In this document: positions 57,373 through 64,000 of the stretch, piece after piece
Numbering within the stretch: the first letter of the stretch is position 1
How the letters are laid out: the number at the start of each line of letters is the position of its first letter
Source: a virus
Strand: one strand, 5' to 3'
IMG/VR virus record: IMGVR_UViG_3300032323_001387
Span: 108,209 to 172,208 of that record
DNA length: 64,000 nt
Notes under the pieces: model-generated
The model's database searches: none
Seen by the model: the letters and a program-made list of their open reading frames with translations, nothing else
What the model was told of the DNA's origin: nothing
Translations under genes and position numbers: made by a program

Positions 57373-58217
57373 TGGCTCACCATTCAAAATATTGGAGTTG
57401 CACTCCGTTCGCAGACTGGCTTCGTGGCACTAAAAAGCTTGGCGCCGGCACCGCTGAACAATGGGATGACTGGAGAACTACTGCTAAAATGAAACATAAT
57501 TTCCGCTACTGGTTAGCAGAAGAGTTCCTTGATCATGTTCAAGATTTTGTGACATGGCCTATTAGAAAGATCTACGATGTCAAATATTACATTAACAACC
57601 GCTGGGTTACTCGTACTCATAGTCTTACCGCTCATCCCCGGGATATTAAGCCTGGCCAGTGGCAAGACGTGGGGAACCGCTTTTTGCCTTGCCTATTCAA
57701 TGAGCTTGTTGATTTTGTTGAAATAGAACAAGCATGGAGCCATATTGCTTGGGGTAGCGAAGAAGATAAGGCAAAGTATAAGGCGCCTTTCTGGGCTACA
57801 GGTTGGTTTCGTTGGCGTACATGGCGCTGTCCCCGAGCAGGCTTAGATCACCTTGATTGGGCAATGACACTTACTAACAATGACTGGTGCGGACCTGAAC
57901 ATCCTGACTATGGCCTGCCTACTAGACAAGCCATTAATGCTAAGGAAGTTAAAGAGCTATACACATGGTGGAAAGAAGTTTATCCTAACCGCCCTGACCC
58001 ATACGATATCAGTGGTTGGACCAAGTATTGCGAACTTAAAAGACAAGAACACGGCGCAACCGGTTTGAGTTTCATGAAGGAGAGTGCCAATCCAGAAACT
58101 CGTGCCCTTGGCGAGTCTGCTCTTACAAAGTCTCATGAAATTGAGCAAGCATACGAAGCTGAAGATGAAGAAATGATGATCCGTTTGATTAAGGTGCGCC
58201 ATGCCTTGTGGACCTAA
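57372..58217 (+). CDS. hypothetical protein (Trp-rich)
   Basis: 281 aa. Confidence 0.7.
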   Translation: MAHHSKYWSCTPFADWLRGTKKLGAGTAEQWDDWRTTAKMKHNFRYWLAEEFLDHVQDFVTWPIRKIYDVKYYINNRWVTRTHSLTAHPRDIKPGQWQDVGNRFLPCLFNELVDFVEIEQAWSHIAWGSEEDKAKYKAPFWATGWFRWRTWRCPRAGLDHLDWAMTLTNNDWCGPEHPDYGLPTRQAINAKEVKELYTWWKEVYPNRPDPYDISGWTKYCELKRQEHGATGLSFMKESANPETRALGESALTKSHEIEQAYEAEDEEMMIRLIKVRHALWT

Positions 58218-58347
58218 CTGTGTAGAAGGCTTCTCGGAAGAGCACGATGCCTTTTACTGCTTAACCTGTAACGAATGGCTGGAATCAAAGTGCGACGATC
58301 CGGAATGTGAATATTGTCCTAATCGTCCAGAGAAACCAATAAATTAA
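58201..58347 (+). CDS. 48-aa Cys-rich protein
   Basis: MPCGPNC...YCLTCNEWLESKCDDPECEYC; AAGG RBS; not in ORF track. Confidence 0.55.
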   Translation: MPCGPNCVEGFSEEHDAFYCLTCNEWLESKCDDPECEYCPNRPEKPIN

Positions 58348-58369
58348 TTGCGATAAATATTTCTTATTA

Positions 58370-59896
58370 ATGAAACCACATTGCATAATTTTATACGGTA
58401 ATAACACACACCCGGGATCTAAATACGCCGGCGCATTTAGGATAGCATCAGAATTAAGAAAAAACGGCTACGACGTCAATTGTATTGACATGACTGCGTT
58501 TAAAGGATTTGATGTTTCTTTAAGATTATTGTTGACAAAATTAATAACTGAAAAAACATTATGGGTTGGATTCAGTACGACATTCCTTCCTGACATTTTC
58601 GGTCTGCCTATCTTAAAACAATACGAATCGTATAACAGACGATGGAAAAATAAAAATATAGATGTGGGAATTATTTCCTTCAAAGAGTTTGTTCATTCTA
58701 TAAATCCCAAAACAAAATTAATTGCCGGCGGCGCCCGTTACTTTCCATTAGAACCGTATGGGTTTCATATTTTTAAATCATACAGTGATAAAACTATCAT
58801 TGATTACACTAAATGGTGCACTGGCGAAATAGAAACTGCTGAGTTCGATAATCCTATTGTTCAAGGAGCAGAATATCAAGACTTTACTTCTAGTCAAATT
58901 TGCTATAATGAAAGTGACATTATTTTCGGTGACGAAACGTTACCTATAGAAATTAGTAGAGGTTGCATTTTTAAATGTAAATTTTGCACATACAACCTTA
59001 AAGGTAAGAAAAAAGGCGACTGGGTAAAACATAGCAATATATTAAAAGATGAATTAGTTCGTAATTACGAAATGTTCGGAGTTACAGACTACGTGTTTGC
59101 AGATGACACTTACAATGATAGTATAGACAAAATTAAATTGTTACACGACGATGTGTTTTCTAGATTACCATTTAAAATGGAGTTTACAACTTACCTGCGT
59201 TTAGACTTAATGATGCGTTATCCTGAAAGTGCCGCAATACTCAGAGATAGTGGCATCAAAGTCGCTATGTTTGGTATTGAAACACTGCACCCATTAAGTG
59301 CTAAGGCAATCGGCAAAGGCGTTGATCCGCGCGAACAATTTGATTATCTTAGACAAATAAAACAAAATGAATTTAAAGATGTCATAGCGCACAGTGGAAT
59401 GATTGCTGGCCTTCCTTATGACACTGAAGAATCATTATTGGAAATGGAAGAATTTTTATTATCCGATCAGAACTATTTAGATTACTTTCTAGTAAATCCT
59501 TTGGGAATCCATCCAATCAACACTAATCAGCAAGTTGTTGAGCACAGTGAGTTCGATTCGGAGTATGAAAAATATGGTTATGAAATAATCATTGACTATG
59601 ATGCTGATTTTAACAATGAAATGAAATGGCGTAATAAAAACACAGGATTGACCAAGGATTGGTGTGCTACTTTTTCTAATCGAATAAACAATAAGGTTCA
59701 TAATAGTGGAAAGTTTAAGTACGGGGCATTCTTATACGCACAATATAAATCCCTGGGTGTTCCCGGTGATGAACTAAGAAAATTATCTACCATAGAAATT
59801 TCTAAGAAATATAACCTAAGTGAATTGGGCAAACAACGTTTGCAACAATACAAATCCAGACTATTGACATATCATGGCATCCCTGCTATTATATAA
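58370..59896 (+). CDS. B12-binding-type radical SAM protein
   Basis: IEISRGCIFKCKFC (CxxxCxxC), F.DDT.N, FGIET, I.GLP; N-terminal VGFSTTF/IAGG domain. Confidence 0.85.
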   Translation: MKPHCIILYGNNTHPGSKYAGAFRIASELRKNGYDVNCIDMTAFKGFDVSLRLLLTKLITEKTLWVGFSTTFLPDIFGLPILKQYESYNRRWKNKNIDVGIISFKEFVHSINPKTKLIAGGARYFPLEPYGFHIFKSYSDKTIIDYTKWCTGEIETAEFDNPIVQGAEYQDFTSSQICYNESDIIFGDETLPIEISRGCIFKCKFCTYNLKGKKKGDWVKHSNILKDELVRNYEMFGVTDYVFADDTYNDSIDKIKLLHDDVFSRLPFKMEFTTYLRLDLMMRYPESAAILRDSGIKVAMFGIETLHPLSAKAIGKGVDPREQFDYLRQIKQNEFKDVIAHSGMIAGLPYDTEESLLEMEEFLLSDQNYLDYFLVNPLGIHPINTNQQVVEHSEFDSEYEKYGYEIIIDYDADFNNEMKWRNKNTGLTKDWCATFSNRINNKVHNSGKFKYGAFLYAQYKSLGVPGDELRKLSTIEISKKYNLSELGKQRLQQYKSRLLTYHGIPAII

Positions 59897-59920
59897 TAAA
59901 TATCAATAAAGGCTAATTGT

Positions 59921-60247
59921 ATGAAAAAATTATTCGTAAGTTTATTATTGTTTGGAGCAACGTTGCCAGCACTGGCGCAATATCACGGGCATGGTATTCG
60001 TTACAATCACCATCATCATTATCACAGAAGTCCAAACTGGGGTCCTGTAATTGGCGGTGCCATTTTAGGTGCTGTAATCTATGATATTTACAATCGTCCA
60101 GTTGTGGTACAACAACCTCCTGTTGTATTTCAGCAACCACCTGTTATAGTTCAGAGTCCTACGGTAACTATACAAAACTGTACACCCTGGACAGAAACAC
60201 AACATTCAGATGGCACAATTACAAGAACTCGCACCTGTAATCAGTAA
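59921..60247 (+). CDS. secreted His/Pro-rich small protein
   Basis: Signal peptide ...ALA, HHHH, GGAILGA, QQPPVV repeats. Confidence 0.65.
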   Translation: MKKLFVSLLLFGATLPALAQYHGHGIRYNHHHHYHRSPNWGPVIGGAILGAVIYDIYNRPVVVQQPPVVFQQPPVIVQSPTVTIQNCTPWTETQHSDGTITRTRTCNQ

Positions 60248-60248
60248 T

Positions 60249-60374
60249 TTGGCACTGGCATTGATAATAATCGGATTACATGGTTATTGGATATATAAAG
60301 TTGTCACTTATAATTGGGATAATTTTGATGAAGATAGCAAAGATGACGATTTCCTAAAGCCCTACGATAAGTGA
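60249..60374 (+). CDS. possible small membrane protein
   Basis: LALALIIIGLHGYWIYK...; start uncertain. Confidence 0.35.
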   Translation: MALALIIIGLHGYWIYKVVTYNWDNFDEDSKDDDFLKPYDK

Positions 60375-60384
60375 TAAATATTCT

Positions 60385-60954
60385 ATGCGTATTAATGAAA
60401 TTGTAATATACGAATTGAATAGATTAAAAGAAGCTAAAGTATCTGTCAAAGATCAAGTCATCAATGATGTTAGAAAGAATGGCGGCAATGCCAATGAATA
60501 CTTTGTTCGCTTTACAGACGTAGACAAATTAGGCTTTAGTGCAAGACAACAATTCGGCCGCAGCCTAGATGTTGACCATCCAGACTATTATCCAGACTAT
60601 ATTGGTGCAGGCAAAGGTAATCCTGCATTATGGTTCTACCCACTAAAAACTTATATAAACGACAATGGTTTATATGCTATAGAAAAGCCTTATGTTTGGC
60701 TAGTTAGATTGAAACCCAATGCTTGGTTGCAACCCGTAAATGCAAAAACAACAACTAAACAAGAAGCGCCGCAGGGTAAAGAAAGAGTTGGTATTTTAAA
60801 GAACATTAGACCTTGGCCAGCAGCAATATTTTTTAAGACAGGTTTTGATGTTGTGGGAAAATACTATGACTATGGTAGTCAACATAAAAGACACGGCGAA
60901 GTAAAAGGTCGTCCTGAGCCATCGTTCTTTGATCGAGTAAGAGGTGATACATGA
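60385..60954 (+). CDS. hypothetical protein, possible internal head protein
   Basis: MRINEIV N-terminus; TAAATA directly upstream. Confidence 0.65.
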   Translation: MRINEIVIYELNRLKEAKVSVKDQVINDVRKNGGNANEYFVRFTDVDKLGFSARQQFGRSLDVDHPDYYPDYIGAGKGNPALWFYPLKTYINDNGLYAIEKPYVWLVRLKPNAWLQPVNAKTTTKQEAPQGKERVGILKNIRPWPAAIFFKTGFDVVGKYYDYGSQHKRHGEVKGRPEPSFFDRVRGDT

Positions 60955-61025
60955 AAGATGATTTAACTATATTTGGAGTAAGCGTACTTGTTGTACTCAT
61001 AGTATTTGCTCTAGTTCTTTTATAA
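60951..61025 (+). CDS. 24-aa transmembrane peptide
   Basis: GAGGTG RBS; MKDDLTIFGVSVLVVLIVFALVLL. Confidence 0.4.
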   Translation: MKDDLTIFGVSVLVVLIVFALVLL

Positions 61026-61048
61026 TAGTTATTTTGGATAATATAAAT

Positions 61049-61077
61049 TTGACATTGTTGTTGGATAAGTATATAAT
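61049..61077 (+). promoter_or_regulatory. sigma70-type promoter of tmRNA
   Basis: TTGACA-N17-TATAAT. Confidence 0.85.
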
Positions 61078-61083
61078 ATAATT

Positions 61084-61487
61084 TAAGACTGTATGAAGTA
61101 GACAGAAAAGGATTCAAGACGCGGGGGCAGTGCCCGCCAGGTCCACCAAAAACATACTTAAACCTCTGAAAAGAGGGGCCGACGGGATTCGGTAAAGTCT
61201 GATTGTAATATATCGGTTATTCCCATAGTATGTTTTTGATGGGCCTGACACAGGATCGATTGGGTCAAGAGTACGGAAATGGACAGTCCGGCAATGTAGA
61301 AGCCGTTAGGATTGGAGGCATGATCTGAAGCAAGCTAGACTTGACAGTAGGATTTTCCGGTCGAAGAAGCAAAACAAAGTAATCGCAAACGATTCACAAT
61401 ATTTGGTAGCAGCTAACGCTTGACGCCAAACGAGGTAGTTATACCTTGTCACCAAAAATAGCAATAGGGACTTCGGTCCCTATTTTT
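61084..61487 (+). ncRNA. ssrA: circularly permuted two-piece tmRNA
   Basis: Acceptor piece ends GCGGG-GGCAGTG-CCCGC-CAGGTCC-A-CCA (61148); coding piece starts GGGCCTG (61241), giving a 7-bp acceptor stem with G3:U70; tag ANDSQYLVAANA* at 61385-61423; outer ends approximate. Confidence 0.9.
61463..61487. terminator. terminator between tmRNA and convergent HNH gene
   Basis: AATAGGGAC-TTCG-GTCCCTATT TTT. Confidence 0.85.
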
Positions 61488-62112
61488 ATGGATATTGCCA
61501 AGTCCACGATCCATCCTCTCTATATAAACGTTTTCTGCCTATGACTTTGGCAGAAAGTTTAGCGGCACCTTTCCTGGCATTGTCAGCCGCAGTAGGATTA
61601 GGTAATCCTTTATTCCAAGATGTTCTACCATCTGCTTTTGTTTTTATGTTTCCGATAGGCTTATCTCTAAATTGAGAAATATATGTATTACGACACCGAG
61701 CATCGCAGTAATAATGTTCTTTTGGTGTATGGTGACAAAATTCCGTGTATTCTAAATCAGAATTACAATTGGAACACTTGTAATGTCTTATCTCTTTTGG
61801 TTTAGTCTTTGTTCGTCTGTTTGTTTCAGAGACCATTTTTGAATGTTCTATTCGAGATCTTTCATAATGTCTGTTAGAATACTTCTTTAATCTACCCATT
61901 AAATTCACGGCATGCCATAATGGTCCTCCGTGTATTTTAGCCAATAACAAATGTGCTATGTAATGTTCTCGATATGTTAAATTAACTAAATTAGAAGTAT
62001 CATCTGCACCGCCCAAACATTTTGGAAAAATATGGTGTGCTTCTTTGTATTGTGTTAAGGTTCTGAATTTGGCTCTTTCTATTAAAGATGTATAATGGTT
62101 TAAGTAGTTCAT
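61486..62112 (-). CDS. free-standing HNH homing endonuclease
   Basis: E.HHIFPKCLGG.D...NLVNLTYREHYIAHLLL; CxxC motifs; WNKG. Confidence 0.88.
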   Translation of the reverse strand: MNYLNHYTSLIERAKFRTLTQYKEAHHIFPKCLGGADDTSNLVNLTYREHYIAHLLLAKIHGGPLWHAVNLMGRLKKYSNRHYERSRIEHSKMVSETNRRTKTKPKEIRHYKCSNCNSDLEYTEFCHHTPKEHYYCDARCRNTYISQFRDKPIGNIKTKADGRTSWNKGLPNPTAADNARKGAAKLSAKVIGRKRLYREDGSWTWQYP

Positions 62113-62163
62113 AACTTTATTTATGCTTTCGCAGCCTAATACACCTCGTAACAGAAACTCTAG

Positions 62164-62186
62164 AAAGCACCTTCGGGTGCTTTTTT
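62164..62186 (+). terminator. rho-independent terminator
   Basis: AAAGCACC-TTCG-GGTGCTTT TTT. Confidence 0.8.
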
Positions 62187-62190
62187 ATTA

Positions 62191-62275
62191 TTAGTTTTTC
62201 CTATTGCTGCCATTAAAAAATATTAGGCAAAAACTATAGAAAACCATTGATTTATAGCGTAAATAAATGTACAAT
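62191..62275 (+). promoter_or_regulatory. ahpC promoter with upstream OxyR-like box
   Basis: TTGATT-N17-TACAAT (62247-62275); TTAG-N7-CTAT and related tetramers at ~11-nt spacing upstream. Confidence 0.55.
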
Positions 62276-62335
62276 AACTGTACAGTACAAAAATGTACAG
62301 GTAAGTTTTTTCATTTCACACACAAAGGAGATAAT

Positions 62336-62875
62336 ATGAAAACAGTTGGCGACAAATTAGCCCCATTCGCAGTCACAGGCGTTAAGCCAGGACAACCAGA
62401 AGATGCATTCTATACTATTACAGAAAATAGTTTCGAAGGCAAGTGGAAAGTAATCGTTTACTATCCAAAAGACTTTACATTCGTTTGCCCTACAGAAATC
62501 GTAGCCTACGACAAGTTGGCACAAGACTTTGCTGACCGTGATGCAGTATTGCTAACAGGCAGCACAGACAACGAGTTCTGTAAAGTGGCATGGCAAAATG
62601 CACATGCTGATTTGAAGAAAATCACACACCACCAGTTCGCTGACACACAGCGCGGTGAGTTGAGCTTGATCGAGCAGTTGGGCGTATTCTATGCTCCAGC
62701 AGGTGCCGCACTTCGTGCAACATTTATTGTTGATCCAAGCAATGAAATCCAGCACGTTACTGTCAACAACTTGAACGTTGGTCGTAGCCCAGAAGAAACA
62801 CTTCGTGTATTGGATGCGCTACAGACTGGTGAACTGTGTGCTTGCAACCGTACAGTTGGTGGCGAGACTCTATAA
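62336..62875 (+). CDS. ahpC: peroxiredoxin (AhpC)
   Basis: YPKDFTFVCPTE, RATFIVD, GR...E.LR.LDALQ, LCAC; start after AAGGAG. Confidence 0.95.
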   Translation: MKTVGDKLAPFAVTGVKPGQPEDAFYTITENSFEGKWKVIVYYPKDFTFVCPTEIVAYDKLAQDFADRDAVLLTGSTDNEFCKVAWQNAHADLKKITHHQFADTQRGELSLIEQLGVFYAPAGAALRATFIVDPSNEIQHVTVNNLNVGRSPEETLRVLDALQTGELCACNRTVGGETL

Positions 62876-63510
62876 TGTTAGAAACTATATGCGACACTCT
62901 TGTTGAAGCATATAGACGCAACTGGATTACCAGTCGTGATGGCAATGTTTCAATTCGTCATCACGACCGTGATCACTTTTATATCACACCCAGTGGCGTC
63001 CGTAAACAAACACTACAGCCGGACCAGTTCAAGAAGATTGGTATCAGCCGTGGCAGTCACGCCGCACCTGTGGCAATTGATCTTCCTTATACTGACATCA
63101 GTGCTAATCTAAAGCCCAGTGGTGAGTTGCCTCTACACTTCGGACTTCAGAAAGAAATGGGTCAGCATAGCAGTGAAGTAAGAGTGGTGGTACATCTACA
63201 TCCTACGTATTGTGTTGCTGCTATGCATCGTGGTATTGAGTTAAGTAGTTTAGCCAAGGAGTTTCCTGAACTTAGTCGCTATACCAAGGTTGCGTCTAAC
63301 GTTGGTGATGTTCCTCCAATCAGTCAAGAACTTGCAGATCAATGTTTTGAGAAGTTAGAACTCGATGATTATGGAAACATTGCTTATGATATCGTAGGTA
63401 TAAAAGGTCACGGAGTAGTGGCCATTGACACAAGCCCATGGAGGGCTTTTGAGCACATTGAACGATTAGAACATATTTGTCAAATCGTATTGGCCTCAGG
63501 GAAATATTAA
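62875..63510 (+). CDS. class II aldolase/adducin family protein
   Basis: GNVS, ITPSG, PS.E..LH, VVHLH, GHGVV. Confidence 0.9.
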   Translation: MLETICDTLVEAYRRNWITSRDGNVSIRHHDRDHFYITPSGVRKQTLQPDQFKKIGISRGSHAAPVAIDLPYTDISANLKPSGELPLHFGLQKEMGQHSSEVRVVVHLHPTYCVAAMHRGIELSSLAKEFPELSRYTKVASNVGDVPPISQELADQCFEKLELDDYGNIAYDIVGIKGHGVVAIDTSPWRAFEHIERLEHICQIVLASGKY

Positions 63511-63511
63511 A

Positions 63512-64000
63512 ATGAGTTTTCTAGTAGCAAACTTACCACCAGTAAAATGTTTTGTTCGTAGAGAGTTTCTATATGACTTTGAAAAAGGTCACGGAGAACT
63601 AGAACCATGTTGGTGGATTACAATAAAGTCTCAACGTAGTCAAGCATTTCGTATCGAATCATATTTAAATCAGTATGGTGCGCTATATGATAAATTGCCA
63701 CTACACGCTTACTGTTGGAAACCCATAGAAGGTGATCCTTACCCTTTGGATTTCTTACAACTATGGAACAGTATGTCTTATGATATTACTGTGATCAGAA
63801 AAGCAATGATTGCTAACATGAGATGTAAAATTAAAATGAAGGATGGATCTTGGTTAGAAGGTGAATATCTTTTTACCGTTGATTCTGCACATCCAGATTT
63901 TAATACAATAGATTGCGGTCATAGTGAAGACGTCGAGGATCACAAAAGTTTTAACTTTATCAAATGTGACAATGGGCAATTTGCCGCACAACCAAATAAC
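63512..64000 (+). CDS. hypothetical protein (runs off window end)
   Basis: MSFLVANLPPVKCFVRREFLYD... open to the end of the window. Confidence 0.7.
   Translation, partial: MSFLVANLPPVKCFVRREFLYDFEKGHGELEPCWWITIKSQRSQAFRIESYLNQYGALYDKLPLHAYCWKPIEGDPYPLDFLQLWNSMSYDITVIRKAMIANMRCKIKMKDGSWLEGEYLFTVDSAHPDFNTIDCGHSEDVEDHKSFNFIKCDNGQFAAQPNN

Noticed and set aside
61118-61148. Stand-alone tRNA ending in CCA
   Set aside because: No upstream acceptor strand or anticodon arm; the pairing strand lies downstream at 61241, as expected for permuted tmRNA
61149-61240. Known self-cleaving ribozyme (hammerhead, twister, pistol)
   Set aside because: Conserved cores could not be matched by eye; kept only as an unknown structured spacer
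1-64000. CRISPR array or DGR template/variable repeats
   Set aside because: No regularly spaced repeats or reverse transcriptase seen; the tail-fibre repeat is in-frame coding with mostly synonymous differences
1-64000. Stop-codon reassignment
   Set aside because: Core genes are full length under the standard code and TAA, TAG and TGA all appear to terminate genes

Overview
AT-rich 64-kb segment of a large T4-like (myovirus) bacteriophage genome, standard genetic code, mostly + strand. It carries tail and neck genes (S74-chaperone tail fibre, gp13/14/15-like, sheath, tube, PAAR), terminase, and replication/recombination genes (gp32, UvsX/Y/W, primase, helicase). It also has nucleotide-metabolism genes (NrdAB, glutaredoxin, dNMP kinase), a block of probable internal head proteins, and islands of genes under strong sigma70-type promoters. 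No portal, major capsid or family-B polymerase gene is in the window. Main highlights: (1) a circularly permuted two-piece tmRNA gene with a structured intervening sequence and an atypical tag; (2) a 187-aa minimal DnaE-like protein retaining all catalytic motifs; (3) a subtilase with autotransporter-like architecture and an alginate-lyase-like lipoprotein; (4) repeated early promoter cassettes, many leaderless genes and hairpin-occluded late RBSs; (5) an OxyR-like box upstream of phage ahpC; (6) a 22-proline tract. A proteobacterial host is suggested but is inference. All protein calls come from motif recognition by eye; no searches were run.
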